A stretch of DNA of 64,000 bases from NCBI GenBank assembly GCA_050575255.1, contig JBNZDD010013678.1, forward strand, positions 4,420,690 through 4,484,689, in the 5' to 3' direction. Each line of letters begins with the position of its first letter. Position 1 is the first letter of the stretch. Below, piece after piece: positions 27,401 through 38,300 of the stretch. The position numbers and the translations under genes are program-made. A model generated the notes under the pieces. The model was given only the letters and a program-made list of their open reading frames with translations. It searched no databases and was not told the origin of the DNA. The DNA is from Harriotta raleighana (Eukaryota).

Positions 27401-30400
27401 GGATGATGATATAACACCCACACAATTGCATTTCCATCTTTAAAAATGTGTAAAGATCAGGGTTATTCTTGCTGCACAAATAAAGTTCATGAGCTGCTAT
27501 GCATTGTTGGGAAAAAATGCTCTGAGGTAAGTGGTCAATATCACAGTATCCCAGATTAAAGTTAGACTTTCACTTTCACCTTTTCGTCAAACCCTCTCCT
27601 CTTTTGCAATGTATACAAAATCTCTCATCTGGGTGACTCACACTGTACTCAGTCAACTCAGAAATTCCCACCAGCTTGAGGTCAATCTACTGGGTCGCAT
27701 TTGAAAACTGCAAATCCAACTTTGCATCTGGCAGCAAGTTTGCATTTTTTATAAAATGCTGTAGCTTTGTGTTTCAAGGGACTATTCACTCCATATCGAC
27801 CTGTTCGCTCCCTCTGCTCATCGGGCTGTGGCCTTTCCATGTCCCCGCTGCAACAGCCCCACCATTGGTAGTCGCATTTTCAGCTTCTGCCCCCACCCTT
27901 TGGAACTCCATCCCAGTCCCTTTGTGTCGTGCCCTCTTTTGCCTCCTTCAAGGCCAGTCTCAAGAACCTCCTCTTCGACTGTACTTTAGGTCACCCTTCC
28001 ACCTTTATCTTTCTTGCCCTTCTGATCCCAACCACCAGCTTGGGTCCTCCTGATATGAAAGACAATTGTAATTTGTTGTTGTTACCTATAAAGTTCTAAC
28101 TCCCACGTTCATTGTAGCTTACCATTGAGATGCCACCATTGTCCAACTCCTCCCCTTCCATCCAGCCTGCAGGAATATTCTGTAGTCTTGCAAACATCTT
28201 TTCTGCAGCATCTCGTTTCGCCAATTTTTTTGAGGTACCACAGCCTACACATTGGAATCAGAATTTCAACATAAAGCTAAAATTTGGTTTTGCTTAACGC
28301 TCAAAAACAAGTCTCATATCTGTACTGTTAAATCTTTTTTTTAACCTGCAAATACAAGTTCCAATCAGTAAAAAGAAAACTTGGCAATAACCAGTTAGTA
28401 TTGATTGGTACAGTGCATTTGTTTTGGCAATCTAGGCTGGTGTTAAAAAAATGATATTTTCCTCTGTATTAAATGGATAATATTGCTGCATACATACATT
28501 ATGGTTCGTTCATTCAGGAAGATATTAGTTTTATATCCAAACACCAAACTGTATCCAATAATCAATGGGTTGTAGTCCATTCCCTGCAAAAGATGTCTTG
28601 AATGAAAGAACCAGATTTTTGGAATGGTATTTAGCAATGGTGTCCTCATAACAACTAAGAATAAGACAGCACCAAATCTAATACAGAAGACCTCAAATCA
28701 ATGCATGCAACATGACAATGTTTGTTTCTGAATGTTCTTAGTTGTATTTTTTCAAGATATTCTGTGATCATTGTTCAAAGGTAGTGAAATAGAAATGCCT
28801 TTTTCAAGCTACCATATCCCACAAAGATTTTTGCAATTCAAATGTTCACACACACTTCTGTGACGATTCTTACCTGTCTCTACAAATGATTCTACTCTGC
28901 AGATTATCGTGAACTCTTTCTTGTGAGCGGGGCCCGATTCCTGGGTAAAGGTGTACTCCGGAATTCTCCATCCTTTCTGCACAACCATTTCCTAGTAAAC
29001 CGTAATTTAGTTATTTCATTGGACAAATCTTATAAACCATGATCCTATAATGGGAATAAGTTACTGAAGCTAACTTAATAACAGTCAGAAATTTCTTAAA
29101 ATATTCTTGGAAACCATTATCCCCCAAATACTACATTTCAATTAAAATAACAAAACCGAAGGGAAGGAAGCAATCTATTCCCCTCTTACCTGTAGTATGC
29201 CAATGTGGTTGGTTTGATTTTGTGGTGGCATTGAGCAAAGAGGCTGGGAATTTGGCATAGGGTAGCTGAAAAACAAGTTACTAGATTTCACAAAACCAGT
29301 TTTAACATACCCACAAAGCTTCAACAAAACCAACAAAATTACATTTGTTTGGCGACATTCACATCAGGAGGATGTCCCAAGGCGCTCGACAATTAGTGTT
29401 TCGGACCTGAGCTGAGGGGTGGGATCGGGGAAGGCAAGAGGGTGATCGATGGCACGGTTGAAGAGAGTCTTGAGACAAGTCTTGAAGGAGGCAAGGGAGG
29501 TGGTGAGTTGGACCGCCTGCGGGATGGAGTTCCCAAGGGTGGGGGAAGTGGCTGAAGGCTGGCCCACCAATGGTAGAGCAGGTGAGGGGATGTGAAGCAT
29601 GCCGCAGCCCGCTGAGCAGAGGTAGTGGACAGGTTGGCAGGAAATTAGAAGGTTGCAGAGGTAGTGGGGAGCAAGGCCATGGAGGGCTTTGAAGGTGAGG
29701 ATCAGGATCTTGAATTGTATCCTTGGTGATGGGAAGCCAGTGGAGTCGGGTAAGGATGGGGATAATAGGGTCACGGAGCCTGGTGAGGGAGAGGACACAG
29801 ACTACAGATTTCTGAATGATCTGCAGCCTTTGGAGGGAGCAGTTGGGGAGGACAACAAGCAGGGAGTTTGCATAGTCAAGCCTGGGTGTTATGAATGCCA
29901 GTAGGATGATCTCGGCAGCCTGCGATGTGGGACCGTGGCAGAGCCAGGCAATGCTGCGGAGCTGGGGGAAGGCAGAGTTAGGTAGAAATAATAGATGAGG
30001 GTCAAACAAGACAGCAATGTTCCGTACTAGCTCAGTGGAGCGTGTATCTTTGGATGGTGTTGCTGTCAGCGCCTGAGGTGTGGAGGTGCTGACGGGAGCC
30101 AATCAGGAGAGCCTCAATCTTACTGACGTTTAACTAGAAATTTAGCTCTCATCCAACACTTGATGTATGACAGATATTCTCTCAGGACAGTTGAGGGTGG
30201 AGGTATGGAGATAGAGTTAAGTGTCATCTGCATATATCTGGAAGTTGTCCCCATGTCTGTGGATAACATTATTAAGAGGGAGTATATCGATATTGAAGAG
30301 AAGGGATGATTTAGCGGAGTCGAGGGCAGAGTGTTAAGTTTTGATAAGGTTCTGCTAGATCTGCCCATATTTTTTATTAATCACATTACAAGCAAATATT

Positions 30401-33241
30401 CAAAATACCGACCCCCAGATATTGCTCCAAATATGGTAAACAAAAATATTCAATGAACAGAAAAGCAAATCCAATGTTAAATTCAATGTTTGTAATTGGG
30501 TCAAAAATGGGATAGTGGCAATCTGGATTTCCAAGAATTTATAAATATTGAAGAGGATGTTCTCCGCTCATCACAGGCATCATGCTCTGATGGCAGTCAA
30601 GCGCACAGTTCACATGGCTTGGCATACTCCAAATTCAACAGGAATCTGGCTAGATTACGGTTATTGTGTTTCATTAAGGTATTAATAATCATACATACAA
30701 AATATTAGCCCATGTATAAGATCCACTTTGCCTCTCACCTCATGCAATTATACGTAGGGTCTTGCATTGCTCCTTCATTCAGAATATAAAGTACGGCTTC
30801 AGCCGCTTTGTGTTTTGCGGCTTTCTTGCTTGGACCCTCACCTACAACCGTGAAAACATCAATTATTATCTATTCTTGCAAAATAACATTTGAACTGTCT
30901 TGACCCTGTTGAAAAATACATTTAGAATGTTGGTACTGATTCAATAAAATCTGAAACACAGGAAGATTTATCAGTTCTGTATGGCATGGCTAATAAAAGA
31001 TCCTAATTTTCATTATTACCAAATAAAAAACCCTATCACTGTAGGCTCCATTATTGATTGTTGTGCACAAATTGGTTGCTGTATCCCTCTACTTTGAAGC
31101 AATTTGAGACATTTCAATGTGATAGGTATCATATGAAATGCAAGGATTATTATGATAAAAAATAACATGAATCAAGAATAAAGATGAATCAAGTTTTATA
31201 GTTACTTCTTGTAGTGAAGAAAAATGTGGCATGAGAAGAAACTAAGCTTCTTTGTAGCAGCTTTACCAAAGGAGGTTGGACGCAAGAGTTTCATTTGATA
31301 TCAGAGAGGCCAGATAGATAAAAAATTTCAGTAGAAAGAAGCCATCAAATGTAAAGGTACTATCTGTTAAATGGACATGTAAGAGAGTGGACAGATCAGG
31401 ATTTAGAGCTGTTTTTTTGGTGCAATTCTCCAGTTGAAAAAAAATTCCACATGTCCTTGACCTGTGGCTTTTATCTAGTACCAATTTATATCACATATAT
31501 GTTACTGTCCAACAGTGTTCAGTCACTGAACTATGAGGAGATATTGCGTCAATAGTGTGCAATTGAAGCAGCAAAATGCAAGAACACAGATTTTGGGCCG
31601 TATTTTGGACGTAAAAGGTGTTAAATACAGGTAAATCCATTTACCTGTATTTAACGCCTTTGTTTTCCCAATCATTTAATGACTGGTAATGCCACAGCAG
31701 AGTTTGGATCTAAGGACCCAAAGATTTTCTAAATTTGTGTTCATAGTGCATTTGCCATAAGTGCACATTTATTTACCTATTGTATTTAACGATGCATCAG
31801 CAGAAATTATAGTCATCAAGGAATGAAATCTTCCTTCATCAATATATACCGTTTGCAATTTATTAGTTGACCTTCTTCATGCCCATTGGAAGAACAATGC
31901 AAGATTATTTTTTATTCAGATTTCTGTTCTGAAAACAATTATTGTTTAAAAAAAACTTAACAGTATGATTTTGAAGGCAACCTGGTATTTGTGCAATAGT
32001 ATAGTACACAAGAATTTGATTTCTGTACAAATATGCAATTACAAATATACCACCTGGATCTAATTTGCAATCAAATGGATGCCACAATAAGTGATTTCTG
32101 TCAAACCTTGAAAATGCTTCTCTAGAAGTAGATTACATCAGAGTGGAGTTCCTCTAAATTGAAAACCTCTTTATCTTGCATTCCTTATTAAGGGATTTGT
32201 ACTGCAAGATAGTCCTTAATATTTGCAGTATTTTAATTGGTTTTTCCAGTCTGCATCAATTGTAGCCAGCAGATATGGATATAACACAAATCAATTAAAT
32301 ATATAATGCTAAAGTATATCTTCCTTCCGATGCTGTTTGACCTGCAAACAATGTCCAGCATTCATATTTCTTTCTTTCTATTGAGACTCGTCTTCAGTCT
32401 CCTCTTATGTTGATAGTGTGAGGACACAAGTTATCTACAAAAGATGTAGCACAGAGACTGGTTGGGGATGTAACACACAGGGTAGGGAAGAAACACAACA
32501 ACATTTGACAAACCTGTGCAACTTATTTCTCCCACTACTACTTTGTAGACAAAACAGGGCAGGTGAGCTTGACCTTCAGACGTCAGAAGTTCATACTGGG
32601 GCGAATTACCATTCCTTGTGCAATATTCCTGTAGCAGGCTGATCGGAGTCTTCACAGGGATTGAGGCAATCATTTGATCTAAACTAGGGAGGATTAAAAC
32701 ACATAGATATATGAATAGTATGTATATATATATATATAATATATATAGTATATATATCTGTGAAATAGACTCCAGATTGGCTTCTTTCCCTCGTGGTAAA
32801 CGGGAGATAAATAAAATTACAGTACAAGGTTTTTTTTCCCAAACAAAATGTTGGGAGGAGGAGAGGGTACCCTGTCAGCCTGGTGTCTGACACATGGAGG
32901 GGGGAGGGGGGGGGGGAATAACCCATCACACACACATACACACACACTCACACAACTTGCACTTGTACAGCGCCCACTCCTCCACGCCTGGGGTAGCGAC
33001 TCGGAGCGCTTAGAAATACACACAAGTAAAGCCCAGCCAGGAAGCATACAGGCGAGGTTGGGGAGGGGAGAGACGGTTAGTAAGAGGGCCGAGAGACTGG
33101 GCGAGAAGAGAGGTGAGAAGCGCCGTAGCTGAGCGTGAGGCGCTCGGCCCTGTGCTCGACCTCCCGGAGGCCGGGGACTCTGCCTCACCTGCAGTACCCG
33201 GAGCTCCTTTTAGACGCGGCTGCAAACCTTTCCTCCGACAT
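24342..33241 (-). CDS. PRKRA: PACT, protein activator of PKR (three dsRBDs), 328 aa. complement(join(24342..24499,26074..26260,28123..28244,28874..28991,29190..29265,30739..30841,32514..32683,33189..33241))
   Basis: Eight exons total 987 nt, in frame from MSEERF to [12 protein letters not shown]. dsRBD motifs [28 protein letters not shown] and [10 protein letters not shown]; PACT-type LRNSPGEKI and [11 protein letters not shown]. Lies between OSBPL6 and PJVK. Confidence 0.93.
25091..25926 (-). mobile_element. pogo/Tigger-type MITE, copy C (diverged variant)
   Basis: TA|CAGTAAAAGCCCGTTTATCCG...GCTTTTACTG; shares subterminal blocks such as TTATTTAGTCTATTATTAATA. Confidence 0.8.
26074..26260 (-). 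CDS. PRKRA: PRKRA exon 7 ([14 protein letters not shown]...YLDI)
   Basis: ttcag|ATA...TAG|gtaagt, 187 nt. Confidence 0.92.
26316..27156 (+). mobile_element. pogo/Tigger-type MITE, copy D
   Basis: TA|CAGTAAAACCTTGTTTATCCGG...CGGATAAACAAGGTTTTTCTA|TA; internal direct repeat of about 100 bp around a (CA)n/CT-rich spacer. Confidence 0.85.
27803..28083 (+). mobile_element. L2 LINE 3' end fragment
   Basis: ACCATTGGT...TGGAACTCCATCCC...CCTCCTTCAAG...TGAAAG...(TTG)n; matches the 29.3-29.6 kb copy. Confidence 0.8.
28123..28244 (-). CDS. PRKRA: PRKRA exon 6 ([15 protein letters not shown])
   Basis: tgtag|GCT...ATG|gtaagc. Confidence 0.9.
28874..28991 (-). CDS. PRKRA: PRKRA exon 5 (GWRIPEY...GPAHKKEF)
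   Basis: actag|GAA...CAG|gtaaga. Confidence 0.93.
29190..29265 (-). CDS. PRKRA: PRKRA exon 4 (linker...NHIGILQ)
   Basis: ttcag|CTA...CAG|gtaaga; phases match neighbours. Confidence 0.85.
29325..30290 (-). mobile_element. 5'-truncated, decayed L2-clade LINE (RT C-terminal region plus 3' UTR and tail) in PRKRA intron 3
   Basis: YADD at 30223-30234 followed by a stop; [15 protein letters not shown], then frameshift to [19 protein letters not shown]; 3' end GGGACATCCTCCTGATGTGAA...TTTTGTTG. Confidence 0.9.
30739..30841 (-). CDS. PRKRA: PRKRA exon 3 ([16 protein letters not shown])
   Basis: tgtag|GTG...GAG|gtgaga. Confidence 0.92.
31614..31661. repeat. Near-perfect 48-bp palindrome in PRKRA intron 2
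   Basis: AAAGGTGTTAAATACAGGTAAAT-CC-ATTTACCTGTATTTAACGCCTTT: 23-bp arms with one mismatch. Confidence 0.85.
32514..32683 (-). CDS. PRKRA: PRKRA exon 2 (dsRBD1 N-terminal part)
   Basis: cctag|TTT...CAG|gtttgt, 170 nt. Confidence 0.93.
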
Positions 33242-33640
33242 GATATGATCAGTCGCTGCCTGCGGTGGAGGTTTGACAGCCACGCTAAAGATAAACAAGC
33301 AGAGTTAGTCTCTGTCTGTGGCCGGCCGCAAACCGCCGGTCTCCTTCTAGGCGAGCTGGAGGGAGGGAGGGAGAGAGAGACGGAGGGAGGGAAGACTGAC
33401 CTCTCACCCCCCCCCCCCCTCGCCGCGCTTCCCATCCGAGCGGGAATGCTGGGAGATGTAGTTCTAGCCGGTGAAGTGAGCCCCCACCGACCCTCAGCAA
33501 CAACAATAACGTGTCCCGAGCGGGAATGCTGGGAGATGTAGTTCCAGTCGGTGACGTCAGCCGCCCGCCCGCCCGCCCATCCCGGCGGGGAATGCTGGGA
33601 GTGTCCTGGTAGTCAGTTGCCATGGAGACGGGGTGATGAG
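33000..33640. promoter_or_regulatory. CpG-rich bidirectional promoter of PRKRA (-) and PJVK (+)
   Basis: High GC/CpG; ZNF143-type motifs GGGAATGCTGGGAGATGTAGT at about 33442 and 33522, degenerate third at about 33588; CRE TGACGTCA 33552-33559; GC boxes; RFX X-box GTTGCCATGGAGAC 33616-33629. Confidence 0.75.
33189..33241 (-). CDS. PRKRA: PRKRA exon 1 ([17 protein letters not shown])
   Basis: ATG in CpG-rich region; donor CAG|gtgagg; phase 2 matches exon 2. Confidence 0.8.
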
Positions 33641-34295
33641 ATGTGGACCATTGAGTGCACTGTGTGGAGTGGGTTGTGGATGGGGATGGAAATGGAATGA
33701 AGTGCGTGAGGCATGGCCTTCTCCTCTCTTGCTAAAACCTGGGCAATTTCAAATAATGCTCTATACCGATTCGCAATCAGTCCACAACCCAATTTAGTTG
33801 CTTCCGAACCGTAGTCAGGTTGGGTTGGGTGGCAAGCAACGACAACAACTGTGGGAAAGCTTGCGGGGCAATGCCCTGAATGGCAAGCTGTGCGTTTTTT
33901 AGCTGGTCGGACTCCTCGCGGTTACCTCAACGCACGGTCTGCGGTTTCCCCCAAGCCTCGGCTCTCGCCAACCTTCGCCACATTTTTAATTTAAACAATA
34001 CTCGCTGGAGTGAGGCAAATCACCTTCAGGGAGAGAGTTCAGAGTGCGAATTATGTTCCGATGCATATCACGTGGGCATTTCCAATGTTGATGTACGTTT
34101 GGTTTGGATATGCTTAAGCACAGTGATGGATTTCTACGTTTGTGTCGGTGACATGGCTGACCGAACCAAAAAGGGAAGCAGAATCGTCTGGGATGACCTA
34201 AACCAGGGTTCTCCAACTGGTCGATCATGAACAACTTCTCGGAGGGTCAAGAAATGGCACCAGTCACATCAAAGTTCCAGTAGCTACCATACATT

Positions 34296-34455
34296 TAAAT
34301 CCACGACTGTTTGTGGGACGCTGCTGCGCGCAATTGGCTGCCACTTTTCACCCAAGTACATACAGTAAATTCACTTTACAGTATATGCTGTGAAGCACTT
34401 TGAGCCGTCTAGAAGACATGAACAGCGCTATATCAAATGCAAGGATTATTATTAT
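34296..34455 (+). mobile_element. SINE 3' part
   Basis: TGTGGGACGCTGCTGCGCGCAATTGGCTGCC...AAATGCAAGGATTATT. Confidence 0.78.
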
Positions 34456-35090
34456 CAAACATGATACCCATGGCACCACCATAAATTAAGAATTCTATAG
34501 TGGAAGTATTTATGGGATGAAAACATTTGAAACTGAAATTTTTATTTTGTGTTGATTATGCTTTTGTTATTTATGGAGTACTGTTTAAGAAAGTTTTATA
34601 TTTCATAAGTATATGTTAAAATTTACATTTACAGTATATAAAAAATACTCCCACAGTAATGGAAAAACATGGAAATGGGATTTAAGAACAGACATGAGCT
34701 AATAAAACAATAGATGCATTGGCTCAACTGGCCTACTCCTCTTCCTATGAACCTGTCACTTTGTAAAGATCTATTGTTACAAACATCCCTATCAGGTTAA
34801 CAGCTTCTTTATTATTCATAAACTTGAACTGAACAGAAGTGCTAAAGGAAGAAAATAAACAGGGAAGTTACAGAGGAACCATTAAGATTATTAGTCAAAG
34901 AATGGACTGATTTTAACTATCATCATTTATTGTTCAAACAAATTGATAAGTAATGAAACAAGGAGTTTTAAAGCCCTTAGTTTTTTTTAAATGTCTAGAT
35001 TGTTTAAAATTTCAGTGTCTAATTTCCAGTGTGTCACAGTTGTAACAAACTAGATAAGGGTTTTGTTCTTTCTGTTCGAGACTGTCAGAG

Positions 35091-35301
35091 ATGTTTTCTG
35101 CTGCTACAAATAATTTTGTAAAGCAGGTTGGAGATACGGGCAGATTGATCCCTGTTCCTAGTTTGAGTGAGGCTGACAGATATCAACCTCTTGGTCTAGT
35201 AACCAAGAAAAAGAAGTCTTGCTTCTGGAAGAAAAACAAATACAGTTCTACACCTTTCACTCTGAAGGACATTCTTGTAGGAGAAAAAGAAGTTTCTGCT
35301 G
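35091..35301 (+). CDS. PJVK: PJVK coding exon 1
   Basis: ATG...CTG|gtaaag, 211 nt. Confidence 0.95.
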
Positions 35302-38300
35302 GTAAAGTATTTTCTAATTGTCTTATTTTAGCCGTGTGTTTATTATTAAAGAAAACTATGTTTTGTTTGAATTAAGCTGATATTTTATAATACTGTTCAA
35401 TAATGTTACTTCTTAGATGCACATTTCTACCTTCTGCTTCAGAAATCTATGTGAAATTCTGTGTTAAATGTCTTAAATAAACAACTTAATCTTTTAAATT
35501 ATTAATTAATTAATCATCCCTCATTACCAGTGTTGATTACCTTACAAGTATATTTGGACTATCTATAAAATACACAGTCAATATACTTTACAATAAATCC
35601 CGTTAAGCCCTTTGAGATGCCTTCCAGAAATGAAAGGCGCTATATCAAATTCAAGGATTATTATTTTACTTGCTGAGAAATATCGGCATATCTCTATTCC
35701 TAATAAACTGCACAATATGTACAGGTTACATTGAACATGCCATTATATTTGGCACCACTATGACTGGTGTATGGGCTAATATTTACACTTCAATTTATTT
35801 TACCAGCTCAGATAATTAAAATCATTTATTTTATCCATCTTATAGGCATCTCCTCATATCAGCTTCTCAATTATGAGGACAAATCCGATGTTTCCTTAAG
35901 TGGGAGACTTGGAAACCAGGTTATTAATGATGTTGGATTTAAGATTGCCGGCTCAGACTCTGTGGCAGTGAAGGCTTCATTTGGAATCGTAACGAAACAT
36001 GAGGTGGAAGTCCCAGCCCTCCTCAGGGAGATTAATAGGTAATTTAGACCATTTAAGCGATATTTTTAAATGTTTTAGCACTTATGAAATTATACATTAG
36101 TAAATTGACTTTACACAGAGGCTTATTAACATTTGAGATGTTTTCCAGGAGGAAAGATTAAGCCCGGGAAGCAGTTTAGTGATGTAATGGGAAAGTAATA
36201 GGGTGGGGATTTCTCAAAATATGCGATGAAGTGGTCCTGAACTCCTTTTTCATCCATATCTCTCTTGCAGTCTTGTTATTGTAGGTTCATTAACATTAAA
36301 CAAAATTGACATGATGTCGCTGAACAGAACATTTACCAAAAAAAACAGCACGACTTCCAGGGTCCGAGTTCTTACCCAGTTTTTCTCATATCTCCTTAGA
36401 AAAGTTGACCTTGAACATTGTCTTGTCCGTCAAATGAAAGAAAGCCGGCGTGCTGTACTCTGTATTGTCATGGAGAGCATTCGGACAACCCGGCAATGTT
36501 CACTCACTGTGCATGCAGGCATGAGAAGAAAAACTATGCGGGTAAATTGAAACTTTGTATTTGAATTATAATTGTAAGAATATAATTACAAATAACAATT
36601 CAGCCATATTCCAAAATTTAAATGTAATTTCACAGTGAAAGTCGGGTTAAAAAAAAAGTGGTATATGTTGAAGTTGGTGTTATAGAGAAATTATGCCTCT
36701 ATGTATTTCTGAAGCACTTCACTTTGTGGACCTTCTTATTTTATATAACATATGTTGAATAGTTTTACATACATCTTCAATCTATTGTTAATCTGTGAAA
36801 ATAAACATTTTCTTAAAAAAATCATTTTGACGCTAGTTTCAGATTGATGATGGCCGAAATCATAAAGGCCGAGACAAAGCCATTGTTATTCCAGCTCATA
36901 CAACTATTGCATTTAGTGTGTTTGAGCTCTACATCCGATTAGATGGACATTTTGGTAAGTAACTAAGATGGGTTAAAGCTATTTTCAATTGAAGAAGATT
37001 CAATGCAGTAATTAAATAAAATAATTACTAATATTGTTACTTTTAGAACATGTTTCTCTTTTTCCTCCAAGACGGTGTTTGTCTCTTTTTTCCTACTGTA
37101 GTTAGACAGGGGTCAGTCTCCCTCCACCAAAATGGAGTGTTGACAGTGAAGTTTGATAGCTATTTATCCAACTGCGGTGGGTGGGCAATCAATAAAGGCA
37201 TTGTGTAATCAATCAATCAATTGATTTTATATAGAGCCTATCACGTTGAGAGGATGTCCCAAGGCACTGTACAGTCAAGTAGGGATCAGAGCAGGGTGGA
37301 AGGGTCGGGGGAAGGAAAGTAGGAAAAATTGACTGTATATTTATAAGCGAAACGCGGCAGCCAAATTGCGCACAGCAGTGTCCCACAAACAGTCATGGAA
37401 GTGGGAGTAGGGGAGAAAGGGGGAAAAGATAGCAAAGGGAGGGGTAGGGGGAAGGAGAACAGGATAAACCAAATTTTATTAATATTTTTATATATTAAAA
37501 TATTAATATATTTAATCAAGATGAACAGCATAACTATTTTATTGTAATAATATTGTTGCCTAATTGTTTCAATCTGCATTTTACTTTGCTCAAAGATCTT
37601 TGCGTTACCTCTGAATCAGAAGGTGGGTTTGAGAAAGAGCAAATAACGGAGCAGTTGGGTGGTTTGATGGGACGATTTTCAGTGTGGAGACTGCGACGCT
37701 GTCTTTCAGACTTCTTTTATGGCAGCCCATTCAGATCAGGTATATATTTTCCTTGATGTTTTTCTTTGAACACTGTTAGTCTGAAGTCATATTTAGAATG
37801 GTGGTGATAGAGACACCTGCAAAGGTCTGAATGTCCGACACGGATTCATAAAATAATCAATAAAAAACAATCCTTGCATTTGATATAGCACTTTTCACAT
37901 CTTCTAGATGTCTCAATGCGCTTCACAGAATATACTGTAAACTATATTTGTGGGCGAAACACAGCAGCCAATTGTGCGCTGCAGTGTCCCGCAAACAGTC
38001 ATAGATTGAAATGACCAAATTATTGTTTATGTTTGTGGAGGGATCTATCCCAAAGATATCCGGTATATCTTTGTACTTATTATTGGAGGTTGTGTGTTGT
38101 ATTCTGTTTATGATTTACAGCATTAGACCAAAAAAACACACAACAAATATTATTTATATTTCATAGGTAGGCTGAGCTGATGACTTACAAATGATTGTTG
38201 TGAATGAGTGGGATTTCAATGATATAAAATGATCTGTTTATACAGGCGCTGTTTATGCCATTTGAATTATATAAAAAAAGATTTAGGAAAAGACCTCTTA

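Noticed and set aside
29359-30102. 247-aa ORF nested in PRKRA
   Set aside because: Frameshifted L2 ORF2 remnant with a stop next to YADD; not a host gene.
32817-33623. Cluster of overlapping 90-140 aa ORFs (similar cluster at 45474-46534)
   Set aside because: GC-rich promoter sequence is poor in stop codons, and the translations are low-complexity.
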